Sequence record: PQ227241.1
Strand: one strand, 5' to 3'
DNA: 64,000 nucleotides
The notes below the pieces were generated by a model. That model ran no database searches. It worked only from the letters and a program-made list of their open reading frames with translations, and had not been told where the DNA came from. The position numbers and the translations under genes are program-made. Shown in pieces: positions 54,238 through 62,894 of this stretch (positions are counted from its first letter, which is position 1; every line of letters begins with the position of its first letter).

Positions 54238-55245
54238 ATGTTTGAATTACTATTATCGCCAGATATAGGCGAAGAGTTACCCTTGGTTGGATTTAATGAA
54301 ATTATTAAATTAGGTGATCTACCTGTGGCACTAGCTGGTACTATGTCATATGTGGATGGAAATACACTATATGTTGGATCTGGACATCATACTGAAGGAC
54401 AAACAGCCGCAACTGTATTCAGACGTTTTACCATATCACCATTCGCAGATGCAGGTGCAACATCTTCTGGAACATTCCTACCAGGTGTATCCTTAGGATT
54501 TGGAACATTACATAAGAATAACTTTATTGTTTATGGCGGTATTACTGGATGGAACGCGGCGGGTAATGGTGGTACGGGGACATCTAACTTTATACAACAT
54601 TTTGATATAAGTACAGGTAGCAGGGTTGAACGATATAGTGGGCCTGTACCATTTTGGGGTACAGCATCCGCATCAGATGGTAATGATCTTATTTTGTGTG
54701 TAAACCCAGTTGGGGTAAATACAATGCGGTTAAAACCATCGGGTAAGACATGGCTTAGTGGACAAGATTATTCAGGTGGTGCTCGTTCAGGTCAACAGTT
54801 ATTCTTCTATAATGGTTACTTTTATCATTTTGGCGGCTGGGATAATACAAAGAACATACCTAATCTTGAAGTTTATCGATATAATGCAACTACCTTAGTA
54901 TGGGAGCAAACACCTTGGATGATTATACCTGCTGATAAAGGAACAATCTGGCAAGGTAACGGTTATGTAGATGGAGAATATTTTAATTATATTAATGCAG
55001 TTGATGTCAATGGCGTAACTAAAATGTTTGCACAACGTTTTAACATTAGGCGTCGTAAATGGGCTGAACCATTAGAACTTGGCATAGGGTTCCTTAATAT
55101 ATCGTCAATAGCTAAAGGTCCGGATAATAGCATGATCATTGTAGGTGGATCTAAAATGCCAGTTGGTGGTGGAGCATACATGTTGAAAAGCCAATTGTTA
55201 TCAGGTATCTATCAGGTAAAACTAGCACCATTAATCATTGATTAA
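54238..55245 (+). CDS. Kelch-like six-bladed beta-propeller protein
   Basis: Repeated units such as LYVGSG, IVYGG, YHFGGW, IIVGG at roughly 50-aa spacing. Confidence 0.75.
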   Translation: MFELLLSPDIGEELPLVGFNEIIKLGDLPVALAGTMSYVDGNTLYVGSGHHTEGQTAATVFRRFTISPFADAGATSSGTFLPGVSLGFGTLHKNNFIVYGGITGWNAAGNGGTGTSNFIQHFDISTGSRVERYSGPVPFWGTASASDGNDLILCVNPVGVNTMRLKPSGKTWLSGQDYSGGARSGQQLFFYNGYFYHFGGWDNTKNIPNLEVYRYNATTLVWEQTPWMIIPADKGTIWQGNGYVDGEYFNYINAVDVNGVTKMFAQRFNIRRRKWAEPLELGIGFLNISSIAKGPDNSMIIVGGSKMPVGGGAYMLKSQLLSGIYQVKLAPLIID

Positions 55246-55530
55246 AATAATAATATTTATAACTATTTAGATAATTATACTGGCACGATGATATTATGTA
55301 AGAGTACTATACTAAAGTATTCTTAAATCTATCCACTAAACACACTCGGTGGTAGAACTTATTATAGAGTGTGTCTAAATGCCAGGGGTTTGCCACCCCT
55401 GGCTATATTCATTGTTACTATTATAAATTCATTTATAGATGAGAAAAGGTTTTATCACCTTTTCAAAATCGGCATTTGATTCTAGTTAAAAAAACTGAAT
55501 CTATGCTACATTGTAATAAAGGAGTCTATT

Positions 55531-56043
55531 ATGACTAACTCTAATCCGTTTGTAAGAACTATTGTAAAGTACCAAGATATCCTAGATGCTTTAATTCAAA
55601 AAACGAATGAGAACTGGGTTAATTATCGATCTAATTCTATTGGCCATATTGTTATTCGTGAATACAGGACTGTTGGATTATTTGTAGGTCGGCAATGTGG
55701 TAGTACAACTGCATTGATTGAGTTTGCTAATCGTCATCCTGGCGAATGTCTAGCTGTATTTGTAGAAGATAAAATTAAACAGGCTGTACTGGCTAAGTTC
55801 CAGAATGCTAAAGATAATATTGTTTCTTGTTTAATTACACACCAACTCCGTAAATATATTCATCAACCTGAAGAATCATCTATTCAAAAAGATATTAAAG
55901 AAGAATTAATATCGTCTGTAAAATATATTCTTGTTGACAATGCCTCATTTAATCTGAACCTACGCGGTATCACTGATAAAGAATTTAACCAGTGGGTTGC
56001 AGATACTTTTGGTACAGAGGTAATGGTGGTTCGTTTTAGTTAG
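55531..56043 (+). CDS. P-loop NTPase-like protein with degenerate Walker A
   Basis: VGRQCGSTT and YILVDNA. Confidence 0.5.
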   Translation: MTNSNPFVRTIVKYQDILDALIQKTNENWVNYRSNSIGHIVIREYRTVGLFVGRQCGSTTALIEFANRHPGECLAVFVEDKIKQAVLAKFQNAKDNIVSCLITHQLRKYIHQPEESSIQKDIKEELISSVKYILVDNASFNLNLRGITDKEFNQWVADTFGTEVMVVRFS

Positions 56044-56204
56044 AATTAGTAACTTTGATAGTTTCTAATAAGATTAACTACACGTTATTTACATAATGTC
56101 ATAACAAGAAATAAATAATACTCAGATTGTAATAATATGTAGTTATTACATATCTATATTAGGTTGTCAGTAACTCATCTCTAATATAAAATCGCCATAA
56201 TTCT

Positions 56205-56280
<76 letters not shown>

Positions 56281-56411
56281 ATTCATAGTTTTAGATTTAG
56301 TTATATTTCACCACTATGTAAACTATAAAGGCAGCTAATGCTGCCTTTATGTCGTCTTGTAAAAGTACCCAATAGTTGAATCTTATAGTTGAATACAAAT
56401 AGGGTAAAGAC

Positions 56412-56597
56412 ATGTCACTTAAAGCATTGCAAGATATAGTTAGTAGTGTTCCTACAAATGAACGAAAGGAACGATTAGTTAAAGTTCGGAAAACTATGGA
56501 AGAGCTAAATGAGTCTATTAAGAATCAGATTCGTAATAAACGACCTAGTCAAGCTCTTCTCAACAAAACGATAAACTGGGGTACTAAGTATGGCTAA
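56412..56597 (+). CDS. Small coiled-coil hypothetical protein
   Basis: 61 aa. Confidence 0.55.
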   Translation: MSLKALQDIVSSVPTNERKERLVKVRKTMEELNESIKNQIRNKRPSQALLNKTINWGTKYG

Positions 56598-56880
56598 GAC
56601 ATTAGTTCGTGCAAAGCTGATTACTGAGGCTGGTCAATGGATGTCGTCTGACTGGGAATGTGGTTTCCGTGCATGTCGATTCGTGAAACTTGGTAATGAT
56701 CATGTAAACATAAAAGACTTTGAGGCTATGATCACGGCATTCGAAGTTGGTGACATGTTAGTGATTTGGCCAAATGGGCTTAGAACTTCGTATAGTGTGG
56801 ATAATTTCAATAAGTACTTTTCCCATATCAAAGATGAATACCATGAGACTGATCTCCGTCCACTCTTTTACCCCAAGTAG
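56590..56880 (+). CDS. Hypothetical protein
   Basis: 96 aa; the C-terminal VGDMLVIW...F..YF pattern resembles the tail of 45210..45599. Confidence 0.6.
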   Translation: MAKTLVRAKLITEAGQWMSSDWECGFRACRFVKLGNDHVNIKDFEAMITAFEVGDMLVIWPNGLRTSYSVDNFNKYFSHIKDEYHETDLRPLFYPK

Positions 56881-57351
56881 TTGAGCTTATGATAACTATA
56901 TTCGTGTATAAATACATTACATTCGTTATACCCTTTAATTGATTGAAATCAAGCTACATAAAAGTGATTGAATGGTCCATGTAGGTGATAATTTTAATAA
57001 AGGTAAAGGATTTATCAGAGAATATCTCAGTGCATTTAGGTATTTTATCACTCGCCTATCTAAATCACATAAAGCCCTTTACCGAGGAATGTGAGAATGT
57101 TGGTTGCGATTGATAATACTGGGACAGAATATGATGTCGACCCAACTGATGAAGTAGACGTAATGTTTGTATTTAGACCCACACTAAAATAACTTTATAT
57201 GACTTAATACCCCTCTATATAGAGTGGTCTATTTATAAGTAAAATTATACATAGAGTTAATATTATTTGTAGATTAGTTCTACACATAACTCAACTTGAA
57301 ACCGGGTGTTAATAAAATTTAACACTACGGAAAACATAAAGGTGTATAAAA

Positions 57352-57981
57352 ATGGCTTTTCATTTTACTGAAGTAGATTTAAATGATTTTATCAATGAAT
57401 CAGGTAAAGACTTAAAAATAAATGTTGGTAAACAAACACTAGCAGTTTATGATATCGATAGGCTAAATATTGTTAATTCAACTATTAATAAACTAGTTTA
57501 TAATGAACCTATAAGTGAAGAACACATAGATGCATCACTTACAGATAATTCATTAAAAGAGCTTAATGATTATTTACTAAATGTTGGTGTTACTGAAAGC
57601 GCTAAAATGATGATTGATGCTGTGTTAGAATTAAGCGATTATCATAAAAGTGATGAATACTTTAACCCAATGATGTATAAATTAAAAAGTATGCACACTA
57701 AAAATACAGATGGTGTTTATTTGATATTTTTACCAACGCCTACTATCGATGATCAAATTAACACCATGCAAGGGTATATTATCAATAAATCCGGTAATCT
57801 CATTAGGACTACTGTACAGTCATGGCGATTTGAGAAAATTGAATTCAAAGACTTAGCCAAACATGATAGACGTTGGTTATTTATTGAATATTACATTAAT
57901 GTTAAACAAACGAAAAATAATATAATCAAAGAGCAACAAGATGAATTAACTAAATTTATTTATTATAGTACTCTAAGTTAA
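57352..57981 (+). CDS. Hypothetical protein
   Basis: 209 aa, AAGGTG RBS. Confidence 0.7.
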   Translation: MAFHFTEVDLNDFINESGKDLKINVGKQTLAVYDIDRLNIVNSTINKLVYNEPISEEHIDASLTDNSLKELNDYLLNVGVTESAKMMIDAVLELSDYHKSDEYFNPMMYKLKSMHTKNTDGVYLIFLPTPTIDDQINTMQGYIINKSGNLIRTTVQSWRFEKIEFKDLAKHDRRWLFIEYYINVKQTKNNIIKEQQDELTKFIYYSTLS

Positions 57982-58038
57982 AACAAATAAAAAAATAAAT
58001 ATAAGAGCTAGCCCCTAATGGGCTAGCTTTATGTTATC

Positions 58039-58176
58039 TTACTCTGCTACATCTTTTACATCAGGTTTATTATTCCAACGTACTGCTCTCGCAATACCAT
58101 ACGTAAGAATAAGAGCACCTACGGTGCCAATAGTGGTGCTAATAATAATGCCAAGAGTTTTTGGATCAATATTCAT
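58039..58176 (-). CDS. Single-TM micro-protein (45 aa), not in the ORF track
   Basis: Hand-translated MNIDPKTLGIIISTTIGTVGALILTYGIARAVRWNNKPDVKDVAE; AGGA RBS, early promoter at about 58233-58260, terminator at about 58006-58028. Confidence 0.75.
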   Translation of the reverse strand: MNIDPKTLGIIISTTIGTVGALILTYGIARAVRWNNKPDVKDVAE

Positions 58177-58232
58177 ATTTAGTATCCTATTTACAATTAA
58201 TAGAAAATATTACTTTTAGTAATATCAAGTTA

Positions 58233-58261
58233 ATGATATACTGTTTAAATATGTTTGAATA
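58233..58261 (-). promoter_or_regulatory. Early promoter (TATATCAT variant) driving the 45-aa TM gene
   Basis: Same extended motif. Confidence 0.75.
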
Positions 58262-58323
58262 TAACTTTATTTATTATAATAAATAAAATAATACTTTCAT
58301 ATACACTATATGTAGAAGATTCC

Positions 58324-58400
58324 GCCGCTATAGCTCAGCTAGGTAGAGCAACGCACTTGTAATGCGTAGGTCCTCCGTTCGATTCGGAGTGGCGGCACCA
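58324..58400 (+). tRNA. tRNA-Thr(TGT)
   Basis: GCCGCTA/TGGCGGC, loop CTTGTAA, CCA. Confidence 0.97.
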
Positions 58401-58529
58401 AATTTACTGAGGTTTAAACTATTCTTAAATATATTAGTTAGGATGGGATTGAACGCGAAAGACTCAGTAAATCATATTGCCCCTCCATATGGAGGGGCTT
58501 ATGTTTGTCATTAATCAGGAAAATATAAA

Positions 58530-58706
58530 ATGAGTCATCTATTATTTATCATCCAAGAATACATTACTAATAAATTTGAGGTAACACGAATTGATATGAA
58601 GCCAGGTAATAGAATGTTACGTGTATGTTTATACGGTCAACATGAGGGAAAAGGTTTCGTCCGTATAGATTTATGGTCAGTTGGTTATCGCATTACAAAG
58701 AAATAA
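58530..58706 (+). CDS. Small protein (58 aa), not in the ORF track
   Basis: Hand-translated MSHLLFIIQEYITNKFEVTRIDMKPGNRMLRVCLYGQHEGKGFVRIDLWSVGYRITKK; AGGA RBS. Confidence 0.6.
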   Translation: MSHLLFIIQEYITNKFEVTRIDMKPGNRMLRVCLYGQHEGKGFVRIDLWSVGYRITKK

Positions 58707-58748
58707 TACTCCAGATTATTTAATATGTATTAATCAAAGGAGTTTATA

Positions 58749-59159
58749 ATGAGTAATGAAACTAACTATCTAGGTTATGAATGGAAAACAGATATAACTA
58801 CTTCAAATCTTAATAGAGTGGTTGATTTATATACACTTGAATTAACATGGTTAAAAGAAGATTTTAATGATACTCTTTTTATAAAGTCTTATAAAGTGCT
58901 AGAGGGTCTATTAGAGGAACCGTCTAGGGCAATCCATGATGATACAGTAACCGTTCAAGATCAATTAGATGAATTAAATACTGTTTTTAAATTAGTATTT
59001 GGAAAAGATAATGACGTAGAGTTATCAATTAATAATGATTCAATTATTGTGATCGGTGCTACAGATGCAACTAAAGAAAAATTAGAAGCAGAGGTGCGTG
59101 AGTTTGCATATAGAAAATCATTAATTGATGAACGTTATCCAGACATTGTAACGGATTAA
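58749..59159 (+). CDS. Hypothetical protein
   Basis: 136 aa, AAGGAG RBS, own promoter motif. Confidence 0.7.
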   Translation: MSNETNYLGYEWKTDITTSNLNRVVDLYTLELTWLKEDFNDTLFIKSYKVLEGLLEEPSRAIHDDTVTVQDQLDELNTVFKLVFGKDNDVELSINNDSIIVIGATDATKEKLEAEVREFAYRKSLIDERYPDIVTD

Positions 59160-59239
59160 AATACTTACAGCTATCTAGTATGTAACTAGGCGGATTGCCA
59201 TTTGTAAATTATCTATTTAATCAAACTGAGGAAATACTA

Positions 59240-59629
59240 ATGAAACAATTCTTTCAACTACTTCTAAGCCTACTTTTCAAACTACCGGTTCTATCATATT
59301 TTGCTGAGAAGAAACGACTAGAGAAAGAGAAAAAGGAAGAAGAAAAGCGTCAGCAAGAACAACGTCAAAAAGAACTACTTGACGAACAGCGTCGCGAACA
59401 AGAAGATCATTATCGAAAGACGGCTTACGATCGCCTAGCAAAACTTATTCATACTCGGTGGTATGATGAGTTTAATGCATATGAAAAGAAACTAGTTGAT
59501 CTTGCCGTGTCTACTGGTAAAGCAGTTAGTGTTAAGTATGGTAAAGTTACTAAGATGCAACACCCTCATCAATTTAAACTACTTAATGATTGGCTGGATG
59601 ATATTCCAGTAGAAGATTTTTCTAAGTGA
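59240..59629 (+). CDS. Protein with hydrophobic N-terminus and charged coiled coil
   Basis: Start at MKQFF after GAGG. Confidence 0.65.
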   Translation: MKQFFQLLLSLLFKLPVLSYFAEKKRLEKEKKEEEKRQQEQRQKELLDEQRREQEDHYRKTAYDRLAKLIHTRWYDEFNAYEKKLVDLAVSTGKAVSVKYGKVTKMQHPHQFKLLNDWLDDIPVEDFSK

Positions 59630-59655
59630 GTTTAAATAAAAAAATAAAGACATAT

Positions 59656-59677
59656 CCCCTCTCCATACGGAGAGGGG
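59656..59677. terminator. Bidirectional terminator
   Basis: CCCCTCTCC/GGAGAGGGG stem between convergent genes. Confidence 0.8.
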
Positions 59678-59689
59678 TTTATGCCGTAA

Positions 59690-60370
59690 TTATACACTTA
59701 CTTTGATAAGATTTTTAATATCAGTAAAATGGGTATATGTTGCCTTTTTATCTTTGTGAACCAGTAAGCAACAGGTGCCTTCATTTACTGTATTGGTTTG
59801 TTTTAATGGGATATTTAAAGCATATTCAAACAGATCATCCATCCAGTTAAATACCATGAACTTACTGATAAGGACATGATCGAAATCAATTAATCCAATA
59901 AACGAATCGATCTCAAATTGATAATACTCTACAACCATTTTAGACCATTCTTTGTTTATTGCCTCAATGACATTAGGATTATTTATTTTATTAAATAACT
60001 CAGTGCGTTCCTTAGTAGGTAAACTGAGGTAATAATTAATATTACTCCTAACGATATCTGGATTAGTGATATCAATTTTTTCTGGTAAGTTATATTTACT
60101 ATCTACATAATTCTTAGTTTCTGGCGTCATTCTCCAGCAACCATAATCAGCAGTAGTACTTGATAGATCTACTCTAGCCTCTACTACTTTAGAAAATACA
60201 TTTACATATAAATTAACAGATTCACATATATCAGGTCTGATTGAATTAAAGTTTAAACTTTTAATAAGACCCCTAACTGGTCGAGTACCAATTAGACAAT
60301 GCAATTCAAGCTTAACATTTTCCTCTTTAGCCATCTTAAATATATCAGCAAAACTGAGCTTTTCTGCCAT
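59690..60370 (-). CDS. Hypothetical protein
   Basis: 226 aa. Confidence 0.65.
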   Translation of the reverse strand: MAEKLSFADIFKMAKEENVKLELHCLIGTRPVRGLIKSLNFNSIRPDICESVNLYVNVFSKVVEARVDLSSTTADYGCWRMTPETKNYVDSKYNLPEKIDITNPDIVRSNINYYLSLPTKERTELFNKINNPNVIEAINKEWSKMVVEYYQFEIDSFIGLIDFDHVLISKFMVFNWMDDLFEYALNIPLKQTNTVNEGTCCLLVHKDKKATYTHFTDIKNLIKVSV

Positions 60371-60538
60371 TTAGAATATACCTTTTATTAATTGGACAAA
60401 TAGATTAGATACACATAGCAATAGAATAAACCATAAACCTAGTCTTTGTAATTTATCTATACGCTTAGCTTTTTGTTTCCTCTCTAATCTAACTAATAAT
60501 GTATTTTTAATATCATTCATTAAATTATCTCAGATTTT

Positions 60539-61069
60539 TTAGACGGTGTATAAACCCTCAGTATTACATGTTGTTATGATATTGTAAAGACGATGCCAAT
60601 AGCGATCATACGTATTTTTACGTTTGTAGCTATTGGTGCGGATAATTAGATTGGCGACCCAGTGATTTTTATCAATGGTCTCATGTAGATGCCCGAAATA
60701 AACCCCCAGTTCAATTTCGAATGGGATCTTACACTCACGCCCCTTACACATTGCTTCACGCAATAAACGCATTACAGAATTCTCTGCATTGGTATCTTGA
60801 AATAAAATACTAATGTATCCAGGGCTACCACCAGTTTCTTCATCAACATGACCTGAACAGCAATAAATAGTTGCAATATTGGTGAATTGGTTAAACCATT
60901 TAATCAATGGTCTACATGCTTCATCAATAAGATCTTCATATTCAGGTTTATACATTACTTTAACAGTATCATCTGCCCGTTGTTTCACGTGATGAAAATA
61001 TTGTTCCCAATTTACATTAGTGTAATATAGCATATCCATATTAGAATCACTCATACAAATCAACCCCAT
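60539..61069 (-). CDS. Protein with TYW3-like N-terminal motif
   Basis: IDEACRPLIKWFN...ATIYCCSGH. Confidence 0.5.
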   Translation of the reverse strand: MGLICMSDSNMDMLYYTNVNWEQYFHHVKQRADDTVKVMYKPEYEDLIDEACRPLIKWFNQFTNIATIYCCSGHVDEETGGSPGYISILFQDTNAENSVMRLLREAMCKGRECKIPFEIELGVYFGHLHETIDKNHWVANLIIRTNSYKRKNTYDRYWHRLYNIITTCNTEGLYTV

Positions 61070-61791
61070 ATGTTATTGGCATATTCGCGGTCATTGAAAA
61101 TGCAGGTAAGATCCATCCGCTTTTGAATACGCGCCAGAATCCATTTTAGTTGTTTAGTTGATAGTTCCTGATTTTGCTTGTACTCACCTGTAGCATGGAT
61201 GTAATAATCAAATTTACGACTTACAGTAGTAGTATGTGCACATGCAATAGCAAATGCTTCAAGTGCAGTTAGTTTGGTTGATCCATTATCATTACAATTA
61301 GGGATAAACTCAAGTACACTATTAACTGCATCTACACCACTACCTAAATGAGCCCAATCTTTCTTGGTGATCTCGATACTCATATCTTTAAGAATAACTG
61401 TATATATGTCACCATTCTCCATAGTGAACATCATAGAAGTATTACCATTAAACAACCTGCGTTCTATGACTGGCATGATATTTACTTCAACTTTAAACCA
61501 ATCAGCTAAATCAACACCTGCGGTAAGGGCATTCAATAGATCATAAACATTATCTATAGTTCCAGCAAAAGCCATAGTTTTAACACGTTTGCCTTGCCAA
61601 GTAACAGTCGGATGAAAAATTATCTTGTGGCAATCATTGTAATATACATCTACACCTTCAGCTTTAGCAGTTAGATCAATATAACCGTTATCTAATACTG
61701 GAAGTCGCCCAATGCTATCAGTTGCATTATTCCGCTCAATTAATAGGCAGTCTGCAATCATGACTTTACCATCATTTACGATATATGTCAT
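61060..61791 (-). CDS. Ntn-hydrolase (HslV/proteasome beta-like) putative protease
   Basis: AAGGAG RBS sets the start at Met-Thr; TYIVNDGKVMIAD, AFAG, LGSG, ALEAFAIA pattern. Confidence 0.65.
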   Translation of the reverse strand: MTYIVNDGKVMIADCLLIERNNATDSIGRLPVLDNGYIDLTAKAEGVDVYYNDCHKIIFHPTVTWQGKRVKTMAFAGTIDNVYDLLNALTAGVDLADWFKVEVNIMPVIERRLFNGNTSMMFTMENGDIYTVILKDMSIEITKKDWAHLGSGVDAVNSVLEFIPNCNDNGSTKLTALEAFAIACAHTTTVSRKFDYYIHATGEYKQNQELSTKQLKWILARIQKRMDLTCIFNDREYANNIWG

Positions 61792-61827
61792 TTTCACTCC
61801 TTATAATAAAATAAATAGGCTTAAGCG

Positions 61828-61949
61828 AAATAAAGCCCTCCCCGAAGGGAGGGCATTATCAATAGGTGGGATCTCGGCGGCACCTTCATTTGCGGACGGG
61901 AACGCTGAAGGGAGATAGTCCGGGAGATCCCGATTTGGATATTCTTTAC
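61828..61949 (-). ncRNA. Candidate small structured RNA
   Basis: Promoter motif, GC-rich multi-stem core, terminator. Confidence 0.55.
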
Positions 61950-61957
61950 ATATGGTA

Positions 61958-62338
61958 TTACTGCAAGTATTTGTTCCCCGCAGTATAATCACCATTGATC
62001 CAATTTTTGATTACAACACTGATCCCTTCATTTTCTTTAACGGTAACCCCCAACTCAAGATCGATTGATTGATAAGCTACAGCAGCCAGTGTTAACCGAA
62101 GATAAACGGATCCATCTTTTTCGATATCGTAGGATACTACGAACCCGTCTTGTAGATTTTGTAGCTGGAATGTATTAGCATGTTGTGGGTGGAGACGATC
62201 CATATTGTACTCGACGACATCTAGTAGATATTGCCGAGCATCAGCAGCATTATCAAATCCGAGATCGCACAGACCGATCGGATAGCGAGCTTGCGTGCAT
62301 GTAACTTTCATAGATACTACACGATGTTGTTTGCACAT
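61958..62338 (-). CDS. Hypothetical protein
   Basis: 126 aa, GAGGA RBS. Confidence 0.65.
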   Translation of the reverse strand: MCKQHRVVSMKVTCTQARYPIGLCDLGFDNAADARQYLLDVVEYNMDRLHPQHANTFQLQNLQDGFVVSYDIEKDGSVYLRLTLAAVAYQSIDLELGVTVKENEGISVVIKNWINGDYTAGNKYLQ

Positions 62339-62479
62339 TATATTTTCCTCTTAGATGTCAAAAACCCTCCCCGATCAGGGGAGGGTATCTCATTGGTACT
62401 TCTTCAGCAAAACTGAAACTAAGATAAAAGAGCAATCGTAAAGGAACTACATAGAATAGTGTATTTCTTTTACTATTTT

Positions 62480-62893
62480 TTACACAACCTCTTTAGATGG
62501 GGGTTCTTTATGAATCCAGTCTAAAGTTGTTGGTAAACTATTATCTGATCTGAAGGTACACACCGTCCGGAACCGAGAGTGATCAACTACAGATAATTGC
62601 CCGTTAATCGCAGCCTCATATTGCCTACACAACTTCACACACCTTTTCTCTAGATCAGTTGGTTCGTAACCTTCTTCTCTTGGTTCAGTGTATGGTCCAT
62701 CCCAAAAGAATATTAATCTAAGATCAATCCCAGATTTATACTCCGCTTGGTATGAATATTGATGAACATCAAAATCATCTAATTCTTCAACTAGATGTGA
62801 TGTTATTGTTCTAGGATGTTCATGAGTTAATTCACTGTATATATGTTTATTTCTAGGGTTTTGTAAATCAACTACGATAAGTTGACTAGTCAT
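62480..62893 (-). CDS. Hypothetical protein
   Basis: Likely start at MTSQL, immediately after the upstream stop. Confidence 0.6.
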   Translation of the reverse strand: MTSQLIVVDLQNPRNKHIYSELTHEHPRTITSHLVEELDDFDVHQYSYQAEYKSGIDLRLIFFWDGPYTEPREEGYEPTDLEKRCVKLCRQYEAAINGQLSVVDHSRFRTVCTFRSDNSLPTTLDWIHKEPPSKEVV

Positions 62894-62894
62894 T

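Noticed and set aside
58031-58219. 62-aa plus-strand ORF
   Set aside because: Shadow of the minus-strand 45-aa gene, which has an RBS, promoter and terminator.
61801-61995. 64-aa minus-strand ORF
   Set aside because: It runs through a terminator hairpin and the candidate structured RNA; the sequence is better explained by RNA structure.
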